Assembly: GCA_027339965.1 (NCBI GenBank)
Contig: DAHWNL010000006.1
Coordinates: 55,381 to 119,380 of the forward strand
Direction: 5' to 3'
Length of the DNA stretch: 64,000 nucleotides
Origin: Granulicella sp.
GTDB lineage: Bacteria; Acidobacteriota; Terriglobia; Terriglobales; Acidobacteriaceae
A program made the position numbers and the translations under genes. The notes under the pieces are model-generated. The model did not search any database. It was not told the origin of the DNA and was given only the letters and a program-made list of their open reading frames with translations. Numbering within the stretch: the first letter of the stretch is position 1; each line of letters begins with the position of its first letter. Positions 48,792 through 58,381 of the stretch are shown here, one piece after another.

Positions 48792-51218
48792 ATGGCAAGC
48801 GGTATTGGAGAAAAATTTGAGACGATGGAATACGGCCCGGCTCCCGAAGATCCCGGCCAGGCCATCTCCTGGCTCGACGCCCACCAGCGCAGATTCGGTC
48901 ATTTCATCCACGGCATTTGGACGCCTCTGGTCCCCTCTGCCGGCACGAAGGGCTTTGAACCGTTTCCTGTAACCAACCCCGCCAGTGGCGAAGTTCTAGC
49001 CACCGTAGCCTGCGCCGGGCCGTCCGAGGTTGACCAGGCTGTGCAGGCGGCACGCTCTGCTCTACCCGGCTGGCAAGCCCTCAGCGGCCACCAGCGAGCA
49101 CGCTATCTGTACGCCCTGGCCCGTCAGGTGCAGAAGCATTCGCGCCGCCTGGCGGTGCTGGAGACGCTGGACAACGGCAAGAGCATCCGAGAGTCGCGCG
49201 ACATCGACATTCCGCTGGCGGCCCGCCACTTCTACTATCACGCCGGATGGGCCCAGTTGTTGGAGGAAGAGTTTCCCGGCTACGCTCCGGTTGGTGTCGC
49301 CGGTCAGATCATTCCGTGGAACTTTCCTCTGCTGATGTTCGCCTGGAAGGTGGCGCCGGCGCTCGCGGCCGGCTGCACCGTCGTCATCAAGCCGGCCGAG
49401 TACACACCGCTGACAGCTCTGGCCATGGCGGAGATCGCCGCTGAGATCAGCCTACCTCCGGGCGTCCTCAACGTGATCAACGGAGACGGAAGGACGGGAG
49501 CAGCCATCGTCGCGCATCCGGACATCGACAAGATCGCCTTCACCGGTTCCACTGAGGTGGGACGTATTCTGCGCAAGACCACGGCCGGCACCGACAAAAA
49601 GCTCTCGCTGGAACTCGGCGGAAAGAGCCCCTTTGTGGTCCTCGAGGACGCCGATCTGGACTCCGCCGTGGAAGGGCTGGTGGACAGCATCTGGTTGAAT
49701 CAAGGTCAGGTATGCTGCGCGGGGTCACGTCTGCTGGTGCAGGAAGGCATCGCCGACCGGCTGTATGAGAAGCTCCGCGCCCGAATGCGGACGCTGCGCG
49801 CCGGCTCTCCGCTGGATAAGGCCATCGACATCGGCGCGATCGTGGATCGGGTGCAGTACGAGCACATCGCTTCCATGGTCAAAACCAGCATTGCCGAGGG
49901 CGCCGTCTGTTATCAGCCGGAGATTCCTCTGCCCGAGCGCGGTCTGTTCTTCAGGCCCACCCTGCTCACCAACGTCTCGCCCGCCGCCACGGTCGCGCAG
50001 GAGGAGATCTTCGGCCCTGTGCTGGTGGCCATGACCTTCCGCACTTCGGCCGAGGCCGTAGAGCTGGCCAATAACACCACCTATGGGCTGGCGGCGAGCG
50101 TGTGGAGCGAGAACATCAACGCAGCGCTCGATGTAGCCTCGCAGATCAAGGCAGGAGTCGTCTGGGTCAACGCCGCCAACCTCTTCGACGCCTCTTGCGG
50201 CTTCGGTGGATACCGCGAGTCCGGCTACGGCCGCGAGGGCGGGGGCGAGGGCATGCTTGAGTATCTGGAGCCTCGCTGGCTGCTCGCCGCGAACCAAACC
50301 ATCTCTTCTGGCGCTCTTGCCGAGACGGCAGGCCGGCCCGACCCAGGGCCTCCCGCGGCGAATCCTCTCGGTGAGGTGAACATCGATCGAACCGTCAAGC
50401 AGTACATCGGCGGCAAGCAGACGCGTCCCGACTCCGGCTACAGCTTCCCCCTCTACGGACGCGACGGCGGACGCCTGGGCGAAGCTCCTCTGGGCAACCG
50501 CAAGGATATTCGCAACGCCGTGGAAGCGGCCCGCGCCGCCGCCAAGTGGGCCACAACCTCAGCTCACGCACGTGCCCAAGTGCTGTACTACGCGGCTGAA
50601 AATCTCGCCCAGAGGCGAGCCGAGCTCATCTCCAGGCTGGCCGCCTTCGTCGCTCCGGAACAGGCTCCCTTGGAGGTGGACGTCTCCATCGAGCGCACAT
50701 TTGCCTACGCCGCCTGGGCCGATAAGTTCGAGGGCTCCATCCACAACCCCGCAGGTCGCATGATCACCCTGGCCATGAAGGAGCCCGTGGGCGTCATAGC
50801 GATTCTGGCCCCGGATCAGGCGCCGCTGCTCAGCCTTCTTTCGCTCCTCCTTCCCGCCGTGGCCATGGGCAACACCATCGTCGCCGTTCCCAGCCCGCGG
50901 GCAGCAACGCTGATGGGCGAACTCTACCCGATCTTCGATACCAGCGACCTGCCGGGAGGAGTGGTCAACATGGTTGCAGGCTACCCCGGCGAGCTCGGCA
51001 AGACCCTGGCCGAGCACGACGACATCGACGCCATCTGGAGTTTCCGCGATGCGGCCACAGCCGCCCTGGCCAAATCCGCCTCCATCGGCAACCTGAAGCA
51101 GGTCTTCACCTCCCACGGACGCGAGATCAACTGGTTTGATCCTCATCAGGCCCAGGGCCGCTGGTTTCTGCACCACGCAACCCAGGTGAAGAACATCTGG
51201 GTGCCTTACGGAGAGTAG
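48792..51218 (+). CDS. Aldehyde dehydrogenase with an extra C-terminal domain (ALDH16 type)
   Basis: PWNFP, FTGSTEVG, LELGGKS, GQVCCAG and EEIFGP; a second degenerate ALDH-like domain ending KNIWVPYGE. Confidence 0.92.
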   Translation: MASGIGEKFETMEYGPAPEDPGQAISWLDAHQRRFGHFIHGIWTPLVPSAGTKGFEPFPVTNPASGEVLATVACAGPSEVDQAVQAARSALPGWQALSGHQRARYLYALARQVQKHSRRLAVLETLDNGKSIRESRDIDIPLAARHFYYHAGWAQLLEEEFPGYAPVGVAGQIIPWNFPLLMFAWKVAPALAAGCTVVIKPAEYTPLTALAMAEIAAEISLPPGVLNVINGDGRTGAAIVAHPDIDKIAFTGSTEVGRILRKTTAGTDKKLSLELGGKSPFVVLEDADLDSAVEGLVDSIWLNQGQVCCAGSRLLVQEGIADRLYEKLRARMRTLRAGSPLDKAIDIGAIVDRVQYEHIASMVKTSIAEGAVCYQPEIPLPERGLFFRPTLLTNVSPAATVAQEEIFGPVLVAMTFRTSAEAVELANNTTYGLAASVWSENINAALDVASQIKAGVVWVNAANLFDASCGFGGYRESGYGREGGGEGMLEYLEPRWLLAANQTISSGALAETAGRPDPGPPAANPLGEVNIDRTVKQYIGGKQTRPDSGYSFPLYGRDGGRLGEAPLGNRKDIRNAVEAARAAAKWATTSAHARAQVLYYAAENLAQRRAELISRLAAFVAPEQAPLEVDVSIERTFAYAAWADKFEGSIHNPAGRMITLAMKEPVGVIAILAPDQAPLLSLLSLLLPAVAMGNTIVAVPSPRAATLMGELYPIFDTSDLPGGVVNMVAGYPGELGKTLAEHDDIDAIWSFRDAATAALAKSASIGNLKQVFTSHGREINWFDPHQAQGRWFLHHATQVKNIWVPYGE

Positions 51219-51447
51219 GCGTACGTTCCATCCGGGTCTCAGACCTCGACCCAAGCCAACGCTTCCGGCCGCGCGATTGCGGAGCGAAGGCGATCTTGAA
51301 CCGATGCATGGTGCGGACCCAGCCGCGCGGCACAGGGTTGTTCCGTAGCCTCTCCGAGCCGTGCGCTGAGTCTCCGGCCGCTCTCTGCCCAGCCTCCTCC
51401 TCGCCGTGGCGGAGTGGTTTGCGGACGCAGATTCCCCGTCGAGCGGG

Positions 51448-52440
51448 TCAGCGGCGCATCCGAGGATCAACTATGGCATACACCGAGTCTGTCAGCAGGT
51501 TCACAAGGGCATAGGACAGTCCAATGGACAGAATGCACCCCTGAACCAGCGCATAGTCCCGATTGGAGATCGCCGTAAGAGTCAAACGCCCCAGTCCCGG
51601 CCAGGCAAAGATCGTCTCAGTAACGATCGCGCCCGCCAGCAGCGAGCCAAACTGCAACCCGATCACCGTCAGCACCGGATTCAAGGCATTGCGCAGCGCG
51701 TGGCGATACACCACCACGCTCTCCGGCAGTCCCTTGGCCCGCGCCGTCCGGATGTAATCCTGCCCCAGCTCCTCCAGCATCGAGGAGCGGATCATGCGGG
51801 TGAGAATCGCAGCCAGGCCCGAACCGAGCGTGAAAGCCGGAAGCACCAGGTGACGAAGAAAGTCTGCTGCGCCCACCCCCGCGCCGGAGACTGGAAACAT
51901 CCCCATATCGATCGAGAAGATCAGAATCAGAATCGGCCCCAGGGCGAAGTTGGGCACGGACAGTCCTGCCAGGCTGACGAATCCAACCGCGCGATCCGGC
52001 CAGCGGTTTGCTCTGCTTGCTGAAGCGACTCCTGCCGGAATGGCCAGTCCTATCCCGATCAGCGCCGCCGCCAGGGCCAACGCAAGCGTGTAGGGGTAGC
52101 GCTGCAGAATCAGGTGCAGCACCGAATCATGCAGCCGTAACGACTGCCCCAGATCGCCGTGCAGCAGCCCGCTCCAGTAGCTCAGATACTGCGTCGACAG
52201 CGGCTGATCCAGCCCGTAGGCATGACGCAATCCGGCGATATCGGCGGCTGTCGCGCCTTCGCCCAGCATTTGCACGATCGGATCGCCCGGCACCAGGTGG
52301 ATCATGAAAAAGACCACGGTCACTACTACCCAAAGCACCGGGAAAGTGGTTAGTAGCCGCCGCAGGATTCTGCGCGCCGCTGTGTGGGCTGAACTTCGGC
52401 GCGCTATGTCTTCCGCAACCAATGCTGACCGGAATCTCAT
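51448..52440 (-). CDS. Peptide/nickel ABC transporter permease (DppB/NikB-like)
   Basis: HLVPGDP, GLDQPL, GDLGQS, DYIRTARAKG (EAA loop), HALRNA and ETIFAWPGLG; ATGA overlap with the upstream stop. Confidence 0.92.
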   Translation of the reverse strand: MRFRSALVAEDIARRSSAHTAARRILRRLLTTFPVLWVVVTVVFFMIHLVPGDPIVQMLGEGATAADIAGLRHAYGLDQPLSTQYLSYWSGLLHGDLGQSLRLHDSVLHLILQRYPYTLALALAAALIGIGLAIPAGVASASRANRWPDRAVGFVSLAGLSVPNFALGPILILIFSIDMGMFPVSGAGVGAADFLRHLVLPAFTLGSGLAAILTRMIRSSMLEELGQDYIRTARAKGLPESVVVYRHALRNALNPVLTVIGLQFGSLLAGAIVTETIFAWPGLGRLTLTAISNRDYALVQGCILSIGLSYALVNLLTDSVYAIVDPRMRR

Positions 52441-53918
52441 CTCTTCCGCCCCCGCGACGGCCCCGGAAGGACCGGACTCGCACCTTTTGACCCTCCAGAA
52501 GCTGCTCTGCCGGCGCCCCCGGACGCCTCTTGCGGTCCAGCAGGAGCGTCCGGATCCGCGATCGGATCGACGCGCACCTGTGCGATCCGCTGCGCCTCCA
52601 TCCTCACCACTTTGAAGCGCCGACCGCCGTAATCCACCCATTCCCCTTCCGCTGGAATATGACCCAGCTTGACCAGCAGAAAACCCGCCAGCGTCTCCAC
52701 CCCATTGGCGCGGGGAAACTTCCAGTGCAGTTGCGTCACCAGATCGCGCAGACTGGTGGCGCCATCCAGTAGAAATCCACCGCCCGATGCGGGCAGGGGC
52801 AGATTCCGCCCGGTATCGAACTCATCCTCCAATTCACCCACCACCTGCTCTAGCAGATCCTCCACGGTGACCAGCCCCAGCGTCGATCCAAACTCGTCTA
52901 CCACGATGGCAATCTGTCTGCGCCGGTTCTTGAACTCCTGTAATAGATCCAGGGCTGGTTTGGTCTCGGGAACGACCAGCACATCGCGCATCACATGGCG
53001 GATCGCCAAATCCCACAGACCGCGATCTCCTGATCCGGAAGCCAGGCTGCGAAAGTGCATCAGGCGCGAGACATCCTTGGAGTAAACCACGCCAATGATC
53101 GAGTCGCGGCCCTTCTCAGCGTCGTAGACCGGAATCCGTGAGTGCTGTTCCTCCACGATCCGGGCACTGGCCTGCTCCAGCCCCAGATCCGCGGGCAGAG
53201 AAAAGATCCTGCCCCGCGGGGTCATGATCTCATTGACCACCACCTGGTTGAGTTCGATGGCGCGATGGATCATCTCCTCCTGATAAGCGGGCAGAAGGCC
53301 CATCCTGCGGGTTGCTGTCGCCAGCAACTTCAACTCCTCCGGCGAGTAGACGGAGTTCTCTGCGCGCAGCGGCGCGTGAAAGGCGCGCAGAACCACCTCC
53401 GCAGACCGATTCATCAAGCCCACCATCGGCCGGGTTATCCGAATGAAGACCTCCACCGGCCCCGCAATCGCCAGGGCAATCTGCTCCGCGCGCTGCAGCG
53501 CCAGCGACTTGGGCACCAACTCGCCCAGCAGCACTTCAAAGTACGTGATGATGGAAAAGGCCAGCACCACCGCAATGGAGTTAGCGTAGAACAGGGCGTG
53601 CAGGCGAACTCCGGGCAACCCACCAAGCCATGCGATGCGGGTCAGCGCGGCCAGAACCGCATTGGCCAGAGCCGGTTCGCCCAGACCGCCCAACGCCAGG
53701 CTGGCCAGGGTGATGCCGAACTGTACAGCGGGCAGAAACTCCTTGGGGTTTTGCTTCAGGCGCAGCGCCGTTCGCGCTCCCGGCCGGTTGTCCTGGATCA
53801 ATTGCTCAATCCGCGTCTCCCGCACGCTGACAATGGCGAACTCCGCAGCCACAAAGAAGCTATTCGCCAGAATAAAGAAGGCGATCAGGCTTCCGTGAAC
53901 AAGGCTCCACTCCAGCAT
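52437..53918 (-). CDS. HlyC/CorC family (DUF21-CBS-CorC) protein
   Basis: FFVAAEFAIVS, QFGIT, GELVPKSLA, HSRIPVY, VVDEFG..GLVTVEDLLE and ETLAG. Confidence 0.93.
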   Translation of the reverse strand: MLEWSLVHGSLIAFFILANSFFVAAEFAIVSVRETRIEQLIQDNRPGARTALRLKQNPKEFLPAVQFGITLASLALGGLGEPALANAVLAALTRIAWLGGLPGVRLHALFYANSIAVVLAFSIITYFEVLLGELVPKSLALQRAEQIALAIAGPVEVFIRITRPMVGLMNRSAEVVLRAFHAPLRAENSVYSPEELKLLATATRRMGLLPAYQEEMIHRAIELNQVVVNEIMTPRGRIFSLPADLGLEQASARIVEEQHSRIPVYDAEKGRDSIIGVVYSKDVSRLMHFRSLASGSGDRGLWDLAIRHVMRDVLVVPETKPALDLLQEFKNRRRQIAIVVDEFGSTLGLVTVEDLLEQVVGELEDEFDTGRNLPLPASGGGFLLDGATSLRDLVTQLHWKFPRANGVETLAGFLLVKLGHIPAEGEWVDYGGRRFKVVRMEAQRIAQVRVDPIADPDAPAGPQEASGGAGRAASGGSKGASPVLPGPSRGRKR

Positions 53919-54071
53919 GTTAGAAAGAACGCGGTTCGACTGCAAATGCGCCTGGAAAGCCGCGTCTCGGCTCCATCTTCATCTCCCGGAGAATGGCGCA
54001 GCCAGGACCGAAGCAGAGCCTGAGCGGCAGCAAGGAACTGCTTCAAAGTCTACACTGGCGGAGCGAAGGGA

Positions 54072-54272
54072 CCATCTCGACATCCGCAGAGCGGAAGGCA
54101 GCGCGTTTCAGATCAGCGAGTTCCAGATTCGATCGAGCCTTTCGGAGTGCATCCTCGGTCGGTGCGCTCCATAGGCCGCATCCAAGTTGTTCTGGTTATA
54201 GCTGCGGGCGCCGGCTTCCTGGAACAGCTTCCGATGGTTGTGGCTGGGGCAGCCCGAGAGATGTCTCGATGG
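54072..54272. repeat. Imperfect fold-back in the trxA / hlyC spacer
   Basis: CCATC..GACATC 54072-54084/GATGTC..GATGG 54260-54272; CGGAAG/CTTCCG; GTTCCAG 54120-54126/CTGGAAC 54219-54225. Confidence 0.6.
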
Positions 54273-54531
54273 CTTTTCCGAGGAAGGCCGGACGCGGGAA
54301 TAGAGCAGCCACACTTGGGGAAGAACGCCCGGCTACAGCGAAAATTGGTTCATCGCCGAGCAACGGGCCGCGCGCAAGATCCGCAAAGACCTGTCCCCGC
54401 GGCCGGGCAAAACTGCCGCAGCCGCTTGGCCGCAACAAACGGCCGGGATTCCTCCCCCGGCCTTGGGCTTACCCCATAGGCGGAATGCGATTCAGAGCGC
54501 TTCCGCCCTTTATCTGCTCGCGGAAAACTGT

Positions 54532-54864
54532 TCAGGCCAGGACGCGCTTCAGGCTCTCTTCGATCGTATCCTTGGGGACGAAGCCAACGATCTGTTCGGC
54601 GACCTTGCCTCCCTTGAAGATCAGCAGGGACGGAATTCCACGAATGCCGTAGCGGCCGGGCGTCATGTTGTTTCGGTCCACGTCCATCTTCATCACCTTC
54701 AACTTGCCGCTGTACTGCTCAGCTATCGCCTCCACCACAGGCGCCACCGCACGGCACGGGCCACACCAGGCCGCCCAGAAATCCACCAGCACGGGGGTAT
54801 CCGACTGGAGAACCTTCTGTTCAAAATCCCCGTCGTTTACCTCAGATACGAACTGACCTGCCAT
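54532..54864 (-). CDS. trxA: Thioredoxin
   Basis: VLVDFWAAWCGPC and GIRGIP; AGGAG(AGG) ribosome binding site. Confidence 0.96.
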   Translation of the reverse strand: MAGQFVSEVNDGDFEQKVLQSDTPVLVDFWAAWCGPCRAVAPVVEAIAEQYSGKLKVMKMDVDRNNMTPGRYGIRGIPSLLIFKGGKVAEQIVGFVPKDTIEESLKRVLA

Positions 54865-54988
54865 ACCGACTCCTCTCCTTGTGGGCTCCATCCGGCTTGC
54901 CGGCTCCCTGGGGAAACACCTGCGGCACTCCAAGCCCTCTCCATCATAGATGCCTGGCGGTGGAAAATGATGCGATCCAGATCCCGGA

Positions 54989-55984
54989 CTAAAGCAAAGT
55001 CAGCTCCGCTCCACCACCCACTCGAACCGGCAAGATCTCCACATCGGAGCCAACCATGCTCTGCATCCGGGTTTCGGCCTCCAGCAGAGAGATGCTCTCG
55101 GACAAAAACACCAGAACGGACGGACCTGCGCCGCTGAGCACGACAGCCGCAATCTCAGGTTCTTTCATCAGGGGCAGCATCTTCTTCAACAGCGGACAGG
55201 CCTCTTGTCGGTAGGGCTGATGCATTCTGTCCTGCATCGCCGTTTTCAGCAAGTCCAGCCGGCCCTGCGCAAATGCAGCCACCAGCAATGCCGCGCGCTG
55301 CACGTTGAAGATTGCATCCGCCTTCGAGTAGCTCTCGGGGAGCAGCGCCCTGGCCTGCCGCGTCGCCAAGCTGACCGAAGGCATTGCCAGTAGCATCTCC
55401 CACGTTCGCGTGCTACCGGAGATCTGCGCCAGACTCTGGGCAAAACTCTGGGTGGGATTGTGGACAAAACGCTGACCAAACGTAGCTACCTGCACGCTCT
55501 CTTCGCTCACTGCAGCCACCGTGAACCCACCGTACCAGCACGCGGTCACGTTGTCCGGATGGCCCTCCCTCCGGCTGGCCTCCGCGACAATCCCGGCATC
55601 GCTGAGCTCCAGCGCCCCGAAGTGGTCAGCCAGCGCGACGCCGGCCAGAAGAGCCGCGGCGCTCGATCCACACCCCATGCCCAGCGGAATCTCGTTATGC
55701 AGCTTCAGCCGCAGCGGCGCCGCCCGGGCTCCTGCCCGGCGCAGCACGTCAGCATACGTTTCCAGAATCAGGTTGTCCTCCAGCGCACCGCAACGGTCGG
55801 CATCTCGCCCAGTGGCTTGAACCTGAAAACTGGCCGCCTCCTCCGCCTCAATAATCAGCCGCATAGAGAGCGCGAGCCCCACCGAGTCAAAACCTGGGCC
55901 TAAATTGGCCGAGGTTGCGGGCAGTGAGATCCTCAATCCGCGTCTCTGTCGCGTATGGGTCAAGATCACCTCGGCTGCGCTCAC
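54989..55984 (-). CDS. thrB: Homoserine kinase
   Basis: PATSANLGPGFD, IPLGMGCGSSAA, EGHPDN, DRMHQPYR and LSGAGPS. Confidence 0.95.
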   Translation of the reverse strand: MSAAEVILTHTRQRRGLRISLPATSANLGPGFDSVGLALSMRLIIEAEEAASFQVQATGRDADRCGALEDNLILETYADVLRRAGARAAPLRLKLHNEIPLGMGCGSSAAALLAGVALADHFGALELSDAGIVAEASRREGHPDNVTACWYGGFTVAAVSEESVQVATFGQRFVHNPTQSFAQSLAQISGSTRTWEMLLAMPSVSLATRQARALLPESYSKADAIFNVQRAALLVAAFAQGRLDLLKTAMQDRMHQPYRQEACPLLKKMLPLMKEPEIAAVVLSGAGPSVLVFLSESISLLEAETRMQSMVGSDVEILPVRVGGGAELTLL

Positions 55985-57402
55985 GCCTGTCCCGACCCTG
56001 AGGCCGGGGAGTCAAGGGCCCGCAGCACCGCGTCCGCATCGGCGTCCAGCACCGCCGGCGCGCGGCGCAGCCTGGCGTTTTCGGCCAGATCCGCGGCGCT
56101 GGCCCCCTCCATCTCGGCGGCGTTGAGCAACTCCCCGAGATGGTACTTGATGGTGTACTCGGAGTCTTTCAGCGTGTGCCCCGTCAACAGCAGCACCGCC
56201 GTCTCTTCCTTGCCCACCCGTCCGTCGGCCACCAACTTCTTCAGACCCGCCAGCGTCACCGCGGAGGCCGGCTCGCAGCCGATGCCTTCCGCTCCGATCT
56301 CGGCCTTGGCGAGCGCAATCTCCCGCTCGGAGACCTGCTCACACCATCCACCCGTCCAGGCCAGCGTTCGTACCGCCTTCTTCCAGGAAGCGGGACTACC
56401 GATCTGAATCGCCGAGGCGCGCGTCTTCGCCACCACCGGCTCCAGCGACTGGCCGCCGTTGGACCGCAGGCTGCGGTACAACGGATTGGCGCCCTCAGCC
56501 TGGATCACGCTGATCTTTGGCGCGCGGTGAATCAGTCCCAGGTGCAACATCTCGGCAAAGCCCTTGCCCAGCGCGGAGCAGTTGGCCAGATTGCCGCCGG
56601 GCACAATCACATGATGCGGCGGCCGCCAGTCGCACTGCTCCAGAATCTCGAAGGCCGGCGTCTTTTGCCCCTCCAGCCGATATGGATTGACTGAATTCAA
56701 CAGGTAAACCGGAGCCCGTTGCACCACTTCATTCAGCACCCGCACGCAACCATCAAAGTCGGTTCGCAACTGCAAGGTCGTTGACCCATAGTCCATCGCT
56801 TGGGATAGCTTGCCCCAGGCGATCTTTCCTTCCGGAATCAGCACCAGGCTGCGCACCCCGGCCCGGGCGGCGTAGGCCGCCATCGCGGCTGAGGTATTTC
56901 CCGTCGAGGCGCAAGCTACCCACTGGAAGCCGCTGGCGACCGCCACGGAGAGTGCCGCTGTCATCCCGGTGTCCTTGAATGATCCGGTTGGATTCATCCC
57001 CTGATGCTTGGCCAGGAGCCAGTTCAGCCCCAGAGCCGCCGCTGTCCGGGGCATCTCATACAGCGGCGTATTGCCCTCGCGCAGCGTAACCACCCGCTGC
57101 TCGCTCACTATGGGCAAAAGATCCCGGAACCTCCATACGCCGCTCTGGTCCACTCCCAGCGTCGAGGTCCTGCGCTCCTGCCAAAGATAACGAAGAGCAC
57201 TGGAGTTAGGCAGGTTTCTGGCCGCCGGCGGAGCCGCCGAAGAACCATCCGCCGACCCACCTTGCGCCGCGCTCTCGCTCCAAGGGTACTCCACCTCAAA
57301 CAGATCGCCGCAGTCGCAGCATCTAAAATTACTTTGCGCCTGCTCTGCGGCGATGCGTTGGCCGCATCCAGTGCAGCGAAGGATGTGTGATGAAGGGTTC
57401 AT
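55981..57402 (-). CDS. thrC: Threonine synthase
   Basis: N-terminal Zn ribbon (CTGC..CDCG), EGNTPL, NPTGSFKD, CASTGNTS, NSVNPYR, PGGNLAN and CEPASA. Confidence 0.94.
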   Translation of the reverse strand: MNPSSHILRCTGCGQRIAAEQAQSNFRCCDCGDLFEVEYPWSESAAQGGSADGSSAAPPAARNLPNSSALRYLWQERRTSTLGVDQSGVWRFRDLLPIVSEQRVVTLREGNTPLYEMPRTAAALGLNWLLAKHQGMNPTGSFKDTGMTAALSVAVASGFQWVACASTGNTSAAMAAYAARAGVRSLVLIPEGKIAWGKLSQAMDYGSTTLQLRTDFDGCVRVLNEVVQRAPVYLLNSVNPYRLEGQKTPAFEILEQCDWRPPHHVIVPGGNLANCSALGKGFAEMLHLGLIHRAPKISVIQAEGANPLYRSLRSNGGQSLEPVVAKTRASAIQIGSPASWKKAVRTLAWTGGWCEQVSEREIALAKAEIGAEGIGCEPASAVTLAGLKKLVADGRVGKEETAVLLLTGHTLKDSEYTIKYHLGELLNAAEMEGASAADLAENARLRRAPAVLDADADAVLRALDSPASGSGQA

Positions 57403-58211
57403 ACTTTTCTCTAGCCTACCGTAAAGCAAGCTCCGCCTGGAATCGGTTATCCCTCACCCTGGCGGTGGCCGCATGGCCGCTTCTGTTCTGCTGCGCGCGC
57501 TGCACCGCGCAGACCGCGGAGTTGCATATTGCCGCCGCAGCGGATCTGGAGCCTGTACTGCCTGTGCTGGAGAGACAGTACGAACAAGCTACCGGCGTCA
57601 AGATCATCGCCTCTTACGGATCTTCCGCAGCCTTGACCGAGCAGATCCTCAACGGCGACCCCCAGGATGTGTTTCTCTCCGCCGATGAAGCTCATCCGCA
57701 GCGCCTGGTCAACGCCGGCCTGGCCGATGAACCGCACCCCATGGCTTATGCCCGTGGCGTGCTGGTGCTGTGGGCGCGTCGCGACTCGCCCGCTCAGCCG
57801 CTTTCGCTCAACGTCCTGACCAGCCCCAGCGTGAGGAAGATCGCCATCGCCAACGCTCTCCATGCCCCCTACGGCGTCGCCGCTCGCCAGGCTTTGGAAA
57901 ACCTGCACCTGTACGCCCAACTCGCCCCCAAGCTGGCTATCGCAGAGAACATTGGACAGACGGCGGAGTTCGCCGAGTCCGGCAATGCTCAGGCAGCCTT
58001 CATCTCTCTGACCATCGCCCGTTCGGCTCATGATCGCGCCTTGGGTTCCTTCATCCGCCTTCCCGCCGGCAGCTATCAGCCGATTCGCCAATGCGCGATC
58101 GTCCTGAAATCGTCCCGGAATCAGAGCCAGGCGCAGGGGTTTCTCCAGTGGCTCACCAGCAAAAGCGTTCAGCAGAGTCTGCCCGGCTTCGGCCTTGACC
58201 CTGCCAACTAG
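57390..58211 (+). CDS. modA: Molybdate ABC transporter substrate-binding protein
   Basis: IAAAADL, YGSS, DVFLSAD, IAIAN..HAPYG, ENIGQ and PIRQ. Start uncertain: ATG 57390 overlaps the thrC start; GTG 57465 is an alternative. Confidence 0.9.
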   Translation: MKGSYFSLAYRKASSAWNRLSLTLAVAAWPLLFCCARCTAQTAELHIAAAADLEPVLPVLERQYEQATGVKIIASYGSSAALTEQILNGDPQDVFLSADEAHPQRLVNAGLADEPHPMAYARGVLVLWARRDSPAQPLSLNVLTSPSVRKIAIANALHAPYGVAARQALENLHLYAQLAPKLAIAENIGQTAEFAESGNAQAAFISLTIARSAHDRALGSFIRLPAGSYQPIRQCAIVLKSSRNQSQAQGFLQWLTSKSVQQSLPGFGLDPAN

Positions 58212-58381
58212 CCAGTCCCAGGCCGCGCGAGCTTTATCCCATCGAGAATCCCCCGATTTGGCCCGGCTCAATCAGCCGCTCGCCAGCTTCATCGCTTCTC
58301 TCTCCAACGGTCGGCTCGCAGAGCCTCTACTTGGCCCTACAGATCAACGCTACAGGTCAAAGGGACTAGACTGACACCACC

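Noticed and set aside
53993..54652. ORFs in the hlyC-trxA spacer
   Set aside because: Arg/Pro/Ser-rich translations without motifs that partly overlap trxA antisense; treated as non-coding.
58212..58381. Possible Moco riboswitch or ModE operator between modA and modB
   Set aside because: No ModE-type TATAT-N7-TATAT core and no recognisable Moco RNA motif; only a generic fold-back.
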